Assembly: GCA_036729165.1 (NCBI GenBank)
Contig: DAIMSQ010000004.1
Coordinates: 8,125-71,257 of the forward strand
Direction: 5' to 3'
Length of the DNA stretch: 63,133 bases
Origin: Planctomycetota bacterium
Lineage (GTDB): Bacteria > Planctomycetota > Phycisphaerae > UBA1845 > Fen-1342
A model generated the notes under the pieces. The model was not told the DNA's origin. It saw only the letters and a list, made by a program, of their open reading frames with translations, and made no database searches. This document shows positions 1 to 9,326 of this stretch, in pieces (within the stretch, counting starts at the first letter, position 1; each line of letters begins with the position of its first letter). The position numbers and the translations under genes are program-made.

Positions 1-149
1 GTTCGGGCTTTACTCCGGCAGATTACAAAGCGCTCAAGTGTATCCGACTCTAGGTGTCTTGGTTGTAAGCCCCCCTCGGCTGCGCAAGATTACAGCGCGA
101 ACCGCGTTCCTTGACGTGCGAGCCGGGCGCTAAGTACCTTCAAACCTCG

Positions 150-1064
150 TCAACCGCCTCGAACCACGTCGACCATCTGTCCGATGGTCTGCTCAAATAG
201 CGGCCAGCCCCCGAACTGCATTCCTAATGCCCGGATTCGATCCGTGTTAATCTCGTTCAACGGCTGCTTCTGCTCGCCCGCGATGTCGGCTGCGCTGCCG
301 GCCAACTCACGGGCCGTCACCGCGACGTCGAATTCGGATATGTAGCGATCGTAGCAGTTGTAGACCTCGCCCGTGACGTTCTTCTCCTCGGTGGTGAGCA
401 TCAGGTCTACCGCGCGCGCCACGTCCGCCGCATGAACCTCCTTGCCTCCGCCGCTGACGGTAACCGCCTCGCCGCGCGCCACCCGCCGCACCAGATCAAA
501 CCACTTCGATTCTTCGGGCGGATTGGCCAGCCCATAAACCCCCGTCGGCCGCAGCGCGCAAATCGGATAGCCCTGCCCATAGCCGTAGCTGCGGACGAAC
601 GCCTCAATCGCGGCCTTATGGGCCCCGTAATGGGTATATGGCAGCAGGGGATGAAACTCGTCCAACTCGCGGTCTTGGAGGATCCTCTCGTGCACCGCAC
701 AACTGGAGATGAAGATGAAGCGCGGCACCTCAGCCTGCCGGGCTGCTTCAATGAGCTCGAGCGTGCCCACGATGTTCTTCTGGGCGAACTCGATCAACGT
801 CTGCTGGCTGCCCCCTGCGAAGCGCCGGCCCGGATGGTGCAGCGCGGCGTGCACCACCGCCGAGCAGTCGCGGACCAGCGACCGCCCCGCTTCGCGATCG
901 CCTAATTCGCCGGGCAGCCATTCAAGCTGACCGCCCGCATCTTCAAAGCCGGACCGGTCGCTGCCGGGACGATACCAGCAGCGGCACTCGCGGCCTCGTT
1001 CGAGAAGCAAATTGACGATGTAACGCCCGAGAAAACCGGTCGCCCCAGTGACTGCCACGCGCAT
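150..1064 (-). CDS. NAD-dependent epimerase/dehydratase (extended SDR) family protein
   Basis: 304-aa ORF. N-terminal Rossmann motif VTGATGFLGRYIV and catalytic YGAHK (YxxxK). Confidence 0.8.
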   Translation of the reverse strand: MRVAVTGATGFLGRYIVNLLLERGRECRCWYRPGSDRSGFEDAGGQLEWLPGELGDREAGRSLVRDCSAVVHAALHHPGRRFAGGSQQTLIEFAQKNIVGTLELIEAARQAEVPRFIFISSCAVHERILQDRELDEFHPLLPYTHYGAHKAAIEAFVRSYGYGQGYPICALRPTGVYGLANPPEESKWFDLVRRVARGEAVTVSGGGKEVHAADVARAVDLMLTTEEKNVTGEVYNCYDRYISEFDVAVTARELAGSAADIAGEQKQPLNEINTDRIRALGMQFGGWPLFEQTIGQMVDVVRGG

Positions 1065-1120
1065 GCTTTCTCCTCTGCCGCGCAGAGCCTGTTTTTGTTC
1101 CGCTGCGCGGCGGCTAGCGG

Positions 1121-1348
1121 CTATTTTTTTGTTCCGCCGAGTGCGCTGAGAATTTCGCCAGGTTCCGGGAACCTGCCCGTCTCCGCCTTGCTGAAAATCA
1201 GCCGGCCGTCGGCCTTGACCTCGAACACGCCACCCGAGCCCTCGATAAGTTTCGGCTGGACGTTGAATTCACACTTAATCTCCGCCGCCAGACTGGCGGC
1301 CTTGGGCAGGTAGTTTCAAACACCGCAGTAAGTAATGCTGATGTTCAT
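1121..1348 (-). CDS. SelW/SelT/Rdx-family selenoprotein (75 aa) with in-frame UGA (Sec) at 1316-1318
   Basis: Minus-strand ATG 1348-1346 follows an AGGAGG SD. Translation is MNISITYCGV-U-NYLPKAASLAAEIKCEFNVQPKLIEGSGGVFEVKADGRLIFSKAETGRFPEPGEILSALGGTKK. The CxxU redox motif follows beta-1, and the GGxFEV...GRFPE core is typical of the Rdx fold. The ORF track only shows an opposite-strand shadow ORF here. Confidence 0.8.
1284..1300 (-). promoter_or_regulatory. putative bacterial SECIS hairpin
   Basis: mRNA sequence GCCGCCAGUCUGGCGGC starts 15 nt after the UGA. It forms a 6-7 bp GC stem with a small apical loop containing GU. Confidence 0.55.
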
Positions 1349-1727
1349 GGCGTCCTCCTGGCCTTTGAGTTACGGCCTTGCAAGGGATCGTGAGTTACGG
1401 CCTGGCAACGGATTGGCCGATAATAGCGCCGGCGTCCGCGCAGTGCAATCGAAGCTTGAGACGCGTGAGAGACCTACGGCGGCCAACGGGATCCCGGCCG
1501 GCGCCACCTTGACGCCCGCGGGTAAAGACGGTCACACTTTGCAGGTTGTGGAAAATTGAACGGCCGGTGCGCTGCCGAGAGCCGCGCTGGCGATGTCAAA
1601 AAAAAGGCCCGACTGGCGGCGCTGCCGCGCGAGCGGGCGGCCGAAGCTTCATAGGGAACATGAGCAAGCGGCCAATGGCTCAACGGGCGTGATGAAGCGG
1701 GCAGAGCTTCAAAAGGGAGCGTGATAA

Positions 1728-2981
1728 ATGAGACTGCAATCGATAACTCTTATGGTGTTGCTCGGTCTGGCGTCGGCGGTTTTGGCGCAAAACGTCCCGC
1801 CGCGCGAACGGCCTGATGCGCCGAACCAGCCGCGTCAGAATCAACCATCTCAGAATCAGCAGGTTCCGAATCAGGCGGGACAAAGCCAGACGGGACAAAA
1901 TGAGCCGGGACAAAAACAGCCGGAGCTGAATCAGCCCGGAGACAATGAGAAAGTGAAGAATCCGCCGCCGGTTCGCCCGCCTAAAGACCAGCCGCGCGGT
2001 CCAGGTGCGATGTTGGACCGCATGGGAACGCGAATGATCCAGACGCTAAACCTGACGCCGGCTCAAGCTGAACAGGTTCGTGCGATCATCGACGAACTCC
2101 GTCCGGATTTTGAAGCCGCCGAGCCGCGTGAGCTGGTGCTCGAACTGAACGAGGCCAAGGCCAGCGGCGACGAGCAGCGGATTGCGGCGCTGGAAGCCCA
2201 GATGAAGGCGGCCCGCACGAAGCAAGACAATCTGCGAATCGAGTTCTTTGACCGCGTCGAACCGATACTCAACCCGCAACAGCAGTCGGGCCTGGAGCAA
2301 CTCCGCAGCCAATTTAAGGGCGAGCCGCGCGGCGCGGCACGGCTGGAAGGGATGATCGAGAGTTTGCCGGAGGAGCTGCAGCTCACGCCGCAGCAACGCC
2401 AGAAATACGATGAACTGGTGGCTACGTGGCGTGCGGCCCGCGACCAAAACCGGGAGCAGAGACGCGCCCTGACGAGAGAACTGACTGAGGCCCAAAAAGC
2501 CGGCAATGAGCAGCTTCGCGAGGAGCTTCGCCAGAAACTCCAGGAGGTTCGTGCCAACAGGCCGAGCGACGCCTTCTACGCCGGCCTGGAGAAGATTCTC
2601 ACTGGGGAACAGAGCGAGAAGCTAAGTGAGATACGAGCGGCCGTCAGCGGTGGCCGCGAGCGGCAGCAAGGTTTGCGAGTGCGCAGCGTGGTGCGGGCGG
2701 CGGGGCGCCTGGACCTGACGAAGGAGCAGCGTGAGGCGATTCGCGAAATGACGCGTCAAGCGATGCGCCAGACTCGGGAAGCCAAACCCGAAGAGCACGC
2801 CCAGACCGAAGCGCAGATCGCGGAGCGCCTCAAGAAGGATATCACCGCGCTGCTGACGCCCGAACAGGTCACACAGTTCGAACAGGCCCTCAAGGAACGC
2901 GGCCGCGGCGGACCGCGCCGCCCTCTGCCACAGACTCAGCCGGCCCCACAGGGCGATCAGTCGCAGCCGAAGCAGCCCTGA
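1728..2981 (+). CDS. secreted Spy/CpxP-like LTXXQ-repeat protein with Q/N/P-rich N-terminal region
   Basis: 417-aa ORF with signal peptide MRLQSITLMVLLGLASAVLA. Four LTxxQ-type motifs (LNLTPAQAEQV, LQLTPQQRQKY, LDLTKEQREAI, LLTPEQVTQF) sit in charged helical sequence. Confidence 0.7.
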   Translation: MRLQSITLMVLLGLASAVLAQNVPPRERPDAPNQPRQNQPSQNQQVPNQAGQSQTGQNEPGQKQPELNQPGDNEKVKNPPPVRPPKDQPRGPGAMLDRMGTRMIQTLNLTPAQAEQVRAIIDELRPDFEAAEPRELVLELNEAKASGDEQRIAALEAQMKAARTKQDNLRIEFFDRVEPILNPQQQSGLEQLRSQFKGEPRGAARLEGMIESLPEELQLTPQQRQKYDELVATWRAARDQNREQRRALTRELTEAQKAGNEQLREELRQKLQEVRANRPSDAFYAGLEKILTGEQSEKLSEIRAAVSGGRERQQGLRVRSVVRAAGRLDLTKEQREAIREMTRQAMRQTREAKPEEHAQTEAQIAERLKKDITALLTPEQVTQFEQALKERGRGGPRRPLPQTQPAPQGDQSQPKQP

Positions 2982-3138
2982 AGTGCCTGGGCTGCCGCAG
3001 CGGGGAGAAGCTAGCGCTGAAGCGGGCCCCAGGCGCCAGCGAAGGCAAACGACGCCGCGCTACGTCGCGCAACCGTGAAGACTCGTCGCATAGACGGGCG
3101 CGCAGTAAAATCGCCCACTGAGCCTCGGAGAACCGCCC

Positions 3139-3732
3139 ATGTCCGGCGAACAACCGGGTCCGGTAACGCAGCTTTTGCAGGCCGCCGGCCAGGGGGACGG
3201 TGCGGCGCGCGAGAAAATTTGGGCCATGGTTTATAGCGAGTTGCACCGCTTGGCGCAGCAACAACTGGCGGGCGACGCGCTGCGGCGCGGGCTTCAGCCG
3301 ACCGCGCTGGTGCACGAGGCCTATCTGCGGCTGGTCGGCGGGGCGGAGGTAACCTGGAGCAATCGTCGGCATTTTTTCGCGGCGGCCGCGCAGGCCATGC
3401 GGCGCATTCGGATCGAGGACGCGCGGCGGCAGCACCGGCTCAAGCGCGGCGCCGGGCAGCGGCCGGCCGCGCTCTTGGACGATCCGGCGCAATCCCCTTC
3501 CGACCCGCTGGAAATGCTGGCAATCGACGAGGCGTTGCGCAAGCTCGAGCAGCAGGACCCGCGCAAGGCCGAGATTGTGACCTTGCGTTTTTTCGCCGGA
3601 CTGACGGTGGACGAAACGGCCCGCGTATTGGAGATTTCGCCGCGTACCGTGGATGCGGAATGGCGGTTTGCCAAGGCATGGTTTCACCGCGAACTGAATG
3701 CCGGCGAGCGTTCCCCAGGCCCCGCTGAGTAG
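3139..3732 (+). CDS. ECF-type RNA polymerase sigma factor (kinase-associated ECF family)
   Basis: 197-aa ORF with GGAGA SD. N-terminus VTQLLQAAGQGDGAAREKIWAMVYSELHRLA and LVHEAYLRL are typical of the Sigma70_ECF family. C-terminal HTH region (LRFFAGLTVDETARVLEISPRTV). Confidence 0.85.
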   Translation: MSGEQPGPVTQLLQAAGQGDGAAREKIWAMVYSELHRLAQQQLAGDALRRGLQPTALVHEAYLRLVGGAEVTWSNRRHFFAAAAQAMRRIRIEDARRQHRLKRGAGQRPAALLDDPAQSPSDPLEMLAIDEALRKLEQQDPRKAEIVTLRFFAGLTVDETARVLEISPRTVDAEWRFAKAWFHRELNAGERSPGPAE

Positions 3733-3737
3733 TTGCC

Positions 3738-6700
3738 ATGTCGCCCGATCGCTGGCAACACGTGCAGGCGCTTTTCGAGCAGGCTCTGGCGCTGGCACCC
3801 AAGCAGCGGGACGAGTTTCTCACCCAAGCATGCGCCGACGACGCCGAGCTGCGCCAGGAAGTCACCACGCTGCTGGAGCACTATACCAACCTGCCGACCA
3901 ACTTCATGCAGCCTCCCAAAATCCCGTGCAGCGGGGCCGCCGCGCCCGACGCGCTGGTCGGCCAACAGATCGGGCGTTACAGGGTCAAGTCGGTAATTGC
4001 GACCGGCGGCATGGGCACCGTGTACGAGGCGGTCCAGGAGCAGCCGCGGCGCGTCGTGGCGTTGAAGGTCGTGAACCGCAGCCTCCTTTCGGCCGCGTCG
4101 GTGCGGCGCTTCCAGTTCGAGGCGCAAATCCTTGGCCGGCTGCGGCATGCCAACATCGCGCAAATTTACGAGGCGGGCACGCACGGCGACGGCCGCTGCT
4201 CGCTGCCGTTTTTCGCGATGGAGTACGTTCCGGGCGCCAGGAGCATTACCGCCTACGCGGCTGAAAAGAGGCTCTCCACCGCCGAGCGTCTGCGGCTGTT
4301 CGCCCGCATATGCGACGCAGTGGACCACGGCCACCAGAGGGGAATAATTCACCGCGATCTGAAACCCGCCAACATGCTGGTGGACTCCAGTGGCGAGCCG
4401 AAGGTAATCGACTTTGGCGTAGCCCGCGCCACCGATTCGGACCTCGCCCTGACGACGCACCAGACCAACATCGGCCAACTCGTCGGCACGATGCAATATA
4501 TGAGCCCCGAGCAGTGCGACGCCGACCCGCACGATCTCGACACGCGCAGCGATGTGTATTCGCTGGGTGTGGTGTTGTACGAATTACTGACCGGCGAACT
4601 GCCGTATCAGACGACTGGCAGCACTATCATTCAGCTCACCCATACCATTAGGGAGCAAGCCGCGCGGCGCCCTTCGCGCCTCAACCCGCGTCTGCGGGGC
4701 GACGTGGAGACCATAGTCCTCAAGGCGCTCGAGAAGGACCGCGAACGGCGCTATCGCTCGGCCGCGGCGCTGGCCGATGACATACGCCGTTACCTGGATG
4801 GGCGTCCCATCGCGGCCCGCCCACCCAGCCTGGCCTACGTCGCGTCCACCTTCGTGCGGCGCTATCCGTGGCCGATGGTTGCGACCGGCCTAGCGGTGCT
4901 GCTGCTCTTCAGCGGCTTGATCGGTTTTACCGTCACCGCCCGCTTAGCAAAGACAGCCGCGGAAAAAGAGCGCGTTGCGGCCGAGCAAAAGCAACAGTTG
5001 GCCCAGCGGATCAGCGCGCTGCGCGGAGCGGAAACGGCTCTGTGGGCCTACGACGTCGGAACTGCCCGCCGCCTGCTGGAGACAGCCGAGGCCAGCGGCA
5101 CGAGCTGGGAGCTGCGGCACCTGAAGTCGCGCCTGGATCAAAGCGCCGCGACGCTGGCCCAGCTCCCGCATCCGGTGCACCACATTTCGGTTGACCCGCA
5201 GGCGCGCTTTGTGGCCGTTTGCCTGGAGGGGCAGCCGGAGGTCGAGATTCGGGCTTTCAGCGACGGGCGGGTCCTGGCGCGGCTCGACCTCGATGGGCAC
5301 GTACCCCTGACGTCGGCCATAAAGCCGGATGGCGTCCTATTGGCGGTCGCCTCCGCCGACCGCTCAAATGCAACAGCCGGGCATATATGGCTTTTCGACT
5401 TGAGCTCTTCGAATGGGGCTCTGCTCGAGCGCTGGCCGGCCGATGAGCAGTCGCCCGTATCGAGTCTGGCCTTTCATCCGAGGGAACCGGTGCTGGCGAG
5501 CGCCTCCGGAAATCCTGGAGTGGTGCGACTGTGGCGGCTCGTGCGCCCGCCGGCCCGGCATACCTCGGACGACAATTACCTCCGTGAACCCCTGGCCACA
5601 CTCGCTGGGCATGGCGGTCCGGTGCAGACGCTGGCTTTTAGTCCCAGTGGACGATGGCTGGCGTCGGCCGGCAGGGACAGCACGGTGCGCGTCTGGGACT
5701 TCCGTGCGGCGGCGGAAGGCAACGCGAGTACGGCGGCCATCTTGTGCGGGCATAGCTGGTCAGTCAGTTGCCTGGATTTCAGCCCCGATGAAGGCCGGCT
5801 GGCCTCGGGCGGAGTAGACGGGACTATTCGCATTTGGAATCTGGAAACCGCGCTCGCAGGTTCGCGCGCGGATCAATATCTGTATGGCCCGGAAGTTCAG
5901 ATCGACGTGCTATATGGACACGATGCCCCGGTGCGCGCCGTCCGCTTCGACGATACGGGTCTGCGGCTGGTCTCCGGCGGTGATGATCGGGCCCTGCGCC
6001 TGTGGGAAACGAACGAGTCCGCGACCGTGCCCGATCCTGGCAGCGAACGGCGCGAGCTGCGCGTCCCGCGCCGACGCCTGCTTTCGGCGCTACGCGGGCA
6101 CCAGGGACCGATCGTGGGGCTGGCGCATGTGCCCGACGGACGGATTGTCTCCGCCTCGCTCGACGGCACGGTCCGGCTGTGGTGGCCGGAGGGCGAGGAC
6201 ATTCCGCGCCTACGCGGGCATTATGCCGGCGTGCGGGCCGTCACGTTTACGCCGGACAGCGCCTACGTCATATCGGCCGACGCGGATGATGGGATCATCA
6301 TCTGGGACGCGGACCTGTGCGTGCCGGTTGCCCGGCGCCACGTGCGATTGCGTGAGGGACTGGCGGGCATTCTCTGCTGGAATACGGGCACGCTCCCCGC
6401 GCGGACGCTGTTGGCCGTCGGCACCAGTGGGTACGGCGTGGGGAGCAAGGAAGGCGGGCGCGTGATCCTGTGGGACATCAGCGACCCGCGCGAGCCGCAG
6501 TGCATCAGCGACGTTGCCACAGGCGCGGGCGAGGCCGCCGGCGCTGTCTGCGCGCTCGCCATCAGCCCCGATAAGCACCGCTTGGCCGTCGGCGACGAAC
6601 ACGGCACACTGCGAATCTGGCCGGTTTCGGAAAGCGGCCTCGACGCGGGCGCCGGCCAGCGTATGAAACTGGCCGACCAGCCGGTTTCGGGTCTGGCTTT

Positions 6701-7865
6701 CCTGCGCCCAGAAATCCAAGGCTCTGCTTTACATTCGTCGTCAGGGCGGCAGACAGAGGAGGGTGGCTTCATCCTGGCCGCCTGTGGTTATTCGGAGGGC
6801 GCCCCGGCGCGGACGGGGACACTGTGCATTTGGGACATTGCGGAGAACCGCGCGGTGTGGACCGCAGCGCAGAGCCTCCCCAGCGGGTACGTGTCGGCGC
6901 TCGCGGTTCACGTGGACGGCAAGCAAGTCGCCACCGCTTCGCACAACCCGCAGTCCGGCACGTTTCCGATCTGCCTCTGGTCTGTTGACTGGGGCTCAGG
7001 CCTTCCTCGAATGACGTGCGAACAAACGCTCGAAGGGCACACCGACGCGATATCCGCTTTAGCCTTTCACCCGGCCGAGCCCCGTCTGGCCTCCGGCTCG
7101 CGCGATCAGACCATCAGAATCTGGGACCTCACGACGCAGGTTGAAGTTGCGACGCTTTTTGGGCACAAGGGCTCCGTCCGCGGGCTGGCCTTTGATTCAA
7201 ATGGAGAACGCCTGGCTTCGGCCTCCGCGGGCTCGCTCGGATCGGACAACGTCGTCTGGCTCTGGGAAGCCGTAGCGCCGCAGCGAGTCCGGCAATATGC
7301 GGGCGAGCGGGCCGTCAATTCACGCGCTTACCGCGAGGTACATCAGGCGGTTCGCATCAATCTGCCGTCGCTGCAGAAGGCTCAAGAACGCCTGGCGGAC
7401 CTGCGCTCGCGTTCGCCCTGGCTGCAGCGCGTGCATGACGTCGCGGTGCGGCACTTTCTTGACTTCGCATCTCGTCCGGCCTGGCTCAATGCCGGAGCCT
7501 GGGACATTGTGTCGCGCGAAAACCTGCCCGCCGAGCAATACGAGCAGGCGCTCCGCTGGGCGCAGCGCGCCTGGACGATCGCGCCCTGGGACGGCCAGGT
7601 GCTGAACACACTCGGGATCGCCCTTTGCCGCTGTGGCCAATTTGAAGAAGCTGTGGAGGCGCTAAAGAACGCCGGTGAGCTCAATAACTGGCATCCCGTA
7701 GACCATGCCTTTCTGGCCGTGGCGTACAACCGGCTGGGAGATTCGTCGGCGGCCCGGGCGGAACTTCAGCGCGCCCGGCAACGCGCAGCGGAAACAGGCC
7801 TTAGCCAGGCTCCGGAACTGAAGCAGCTCATGCAAGAGGCTGAGCAACTCATTGAAGGGCGCTGA
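3738..7865 (+). CDS. Ser/Thr protein kinase with TM segment, WD40 beta-propeller repeats and C-terminal TPR region
   Basis: 1375-aa ORF starting 6 nt after the sigma-factor stop. Kinase motifs HRDLKPANMLV, DFG and MSPEQ. TM segment WPMVATGLAVLLLFSGLIGFTV. Many GH...WD-type repeats (SGGVDGTIRIWN, SGSRDQTIRIWD). TPR-like tail. Confidence 0.9.
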   Translation: MSPDRWQHVQALFEQALALAPKQRDEFLTQACADDAELRQEVTTLLEHYTNLPTNFMQPPKIPCSGAAAPDALVGQQIGRYRVKSVIATGGMGTVYEAVQEQPRRVVALKVVNRSLLSAASVRRFQFEAQILGRLRHANIAQIYEAGTHGDGRCSLPFFAMEYVPGARSITAYAAEKRLSTAERLRLFARICDAVDHGHQRGIIHRDLKPANMLVDSSGEPKVIDFGVARATDSDLALTTHQTNIGQLVGTMQYMSPEQCDADPHDLDTRSDVYSLGVVLYELLTGELPYQTTGSTIIQLTHTIREQAARRPSRLNPRLRGDVETIVLKALEKDRERRYRSAAALADDIRRYLDGRPIAARPPSLAYVASTFVRRYPWPMVATGLAVLLLFSGLIGFTVTARLAKTAAEKERVAAEQKQQLAQRISALRGAETALWAYDVGTARRLLETAEASGTSWELRHLKSRLDQSAATLAQLPHPVHHISVDPQARFVAVCLEGQPEVEIRAFSDGRVLARLDLDGHVPLTSAIKPDGVLLAVASADRSNATAGHIWLFDLSSSNGALLERWPADEQSPVSSLAFHPREPVLASASGNPGVVRLWRLVRPPARHTSDDNYLREPLATLAGHGGPVQTLAFSPSGRWLASAGRDSTVRVWDFRAAAEGNASTAAILCGHSWSVSCLDFSPDEGRLASGGVDGTIRIWNLETALAGSRADQYLYGPEVQIDVLYGHDAPVRAVRFDDTGLRLVSGGDDRALRLWETNESATVPDPGSERRELRVPRRRLLSALRGHQGPIVGLAHVPDGRIVSASLDGTVRLWWPEGEDIPRLRGHYAGVRAVTFTPDSAYVISADADDGIIIWDADLCVPVARRHVRLREGLAGILCWNTGTLPARTLLAVGTSGYGVGSKEGGRVILWDISDPREPQCISDVATGAGEAAGAVCALAISPDKHRLAVGDEHGTLRIWPVSESGLDAGAGQRMKLADQPVSGLAFLRPEIQGSALHSSSGRQTEEGGFILAACGYSEGAPARTGTLCIWDIAENRAVWTAAQSLPSGYVSALAVHVDGKQVATASHNPQSGTFPICLWSVDWGSGLPRMTCEQTLEGHTDAISALAFHPAEPRLASGSRDQTIRIWDLTTQVEVATLFGHKGSVRGLAFDSNGERLASASAGSLGSDNVVWLWEAVAPQRVRQYAGERAVNSRAYREVHQAVRINLPSLQKAQERLADLRSRSPWLQRVHDVAVRHFLDFASRPAWLNAGAWDIVSRENLPAEQYEQALRWAQRAWTIAPWDGQVLNTLGIALCRCGQFEEAVEALKNAGELNNWHPVDHAFLAVAYNRLGDSSAARAELQRARQRAAETGLSQAPELKQLMQEAEQLIEGR

Positions 7866-8074
7866 ATGTCTGGCAGCACGGAGAGCATTGCTGAGCGGTA
7901 ACAACCGCCCATGAGCCTCCGCGTCTGAGGCGCGTGCGCCCACAACTCCGCCCCCTACAGAATCTGCAAGCCGCCAGTCCGGACTCGCGTATTCGTGAAT
8001 TCCGCTTCAGTACACCTGCCAATAGGACACCGCCGATTAGAATCAATCAGTTCAGGGCGCCTCGACGACGGTGT

Positions 8075-8509
8075 ATGTGGAGCAAGAGCATGATGCGGCA
8101 GACTGTACCCCTGCTGGTATTCGCGGCGCTTGCTGCCGGTCTGGCGGCATGTATACCCCAAGCGTTCACGCCCGTGACGGTAGGCAACGTCAATGGAGTT
8201 GTCCTTCCGTTCGGCGTTTTTGTCCCCGGGGCGAACGTTCCCGTTTTGACTAACCCATTCTTCTTCCCTCTCTTCCCTGTCACCCGCGGCGAAGACGTAG
8301 TAAACGTTAATGGCGTGACGAATGCCGTAGTCAATAATGCTGTAGTCAATTTCAACCCCGCCTTCGTCCCGAATTTCAACTCGTTCATCGTGAACGCAAA
8401 CAGGCAAACACAGGTGCCCCCGGCGTTCAATTTCACCGGCGTATTTGATCTAGACTTCACCGGCGTGTTCAACATGAACAACGCGGTTCAGAACACCTCC
8501 ACTCCGTAA
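8075..8509 (+). CDS. small N/V/F-rich lipoprotein (hypothetical)
   Basis: In-frame ATG at 8075 of ORF 7934-8509. Signal peptide with lipobox (LLVFAALAAGLAAC). Low-complexity Asn/Val/Phe-rich mature part. Locally lower GC. Confidence 0.55.
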   Translation: MWSKSMMRQTVPLLVFAALAAGLAACIPQAFTPVTVGNVNGVVLPFGVFVPGANVPVLTNPFFFPLFPVTRGEDVVNVNGVTNAVVNNAVVNFNPAFVPNFNSFIVNANRQTQVPPAFNFTGVFDLDFTGVFNMNNAVQNTSTP

Positions 8510-8595
8510 GATCATGACCTCGTAACAACGACTCGCCCTCGGTCGCCGCCAGAGCGGCCGAGGGCGATGGTTGCCAGAACTGCCCGCCGCCTGCG

Positions 8596-9153
8596 TCAAT
8601 CCTCCCACTCCCAGCCGTTATCCCACTTCCAGTATCCGTCGTCGTCGTCGTCCCAGTCGAAACGGAAGGTAACGCCCGGGTACGCCGCGTAGCTATATGG
8701 CGCGTAACCGTAAACAAACCCGGTGTCCGGGTAGGCCGCATACCTGTATGGCACGTAGCTGTAAGTGTAAGCATAGGGGCGGTAGTAGTACGTATAGGGC
8801 GCACTGTAACTGTAGGAGTAAACAGGCGGCCGGTAGACGTAGCCGTGATAGTACGGCGTGGAGTACGAATAATGGCGGACCGGCCCGGAGTAGTAGCGCG
8901 GTCCGGCCCAGCCCCAAGAGAAGTTTCTGCCACCATAGTAGCGCCCGTCACGCCAGCCCCAGTCACTACCACCGCGCCACGTGTAACCGCGCTGTCCGTC
9001 GCGACCCGACTGCACTTGGCGGTAGTAGGCCGCGTCGCCTCGGAAGGCGGCGCCCTGGCTCTTGTTCCGGCCACGATCTTCAGCCGTTGCGGACGTCAAC
9101 CCACCAAGCAGCACAGCCGCTGAAAGCAACGGTAGTATCAGCCGATGCACCAT
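8596..9153 (-). CDS. secreted Tyr/Gly/Trp/Arg-rich low-complexity protein with acidic Trp-rich C-terminus
   Basis: Internal start MVHRLILPLLSAAVLLGGLTSATA (signal peptide) of ORF 8596-9207. Mature part has about one Tyr per five residues (YSYSAPYTYYYRPYAYTYSYVPYRY). The tail is FDWDDDDDGYWKWDNGWEWED. Confidence 0.6.
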   Translation of the reverse strand: MVHRLILPLLSAAVLLGGLTSATAEDRGRNKSQGAAFRGDAAYYRQVQSGRDGQRGYTWRGGSDWGWRDGRYYGGRNFSWGWAGPRYYSGPVRHYSYSTPYYHGYVYRPPVYSYSYSAPYTYYYRPYAYTYSYVPYRYAAYPDTGFVYGYAPYSYAAYPGVTFRFDWDDDDDGYWKWDNGWEWED

Positions 9154-9326
9154 AACATGTCTCCCGTGATTTCCGGCTCGTTGTTCGCTGATCTCGGATA
9201 AAACCAACGTGCTTGATGCTAGCTATCGGCGATTGAGCGAGTGCTGAAAAACTGGTCAAACTTGTGGCGTCGCGCGCAGCACCCCGGCCCCCTTCTTTGT
9301 CCTTTTGCGAACCCAGGTGTCCCGCG

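Noticed and set aside
1095-1313. 72-aa plus-strand ORF between the epimerase gene and the next gene.
   Set aside because: The opposite strand encodes a clear Rdx/SelW-family protein once the in-frame TGA is read as Sec. The plus-strand ORF has no SD and no motif.
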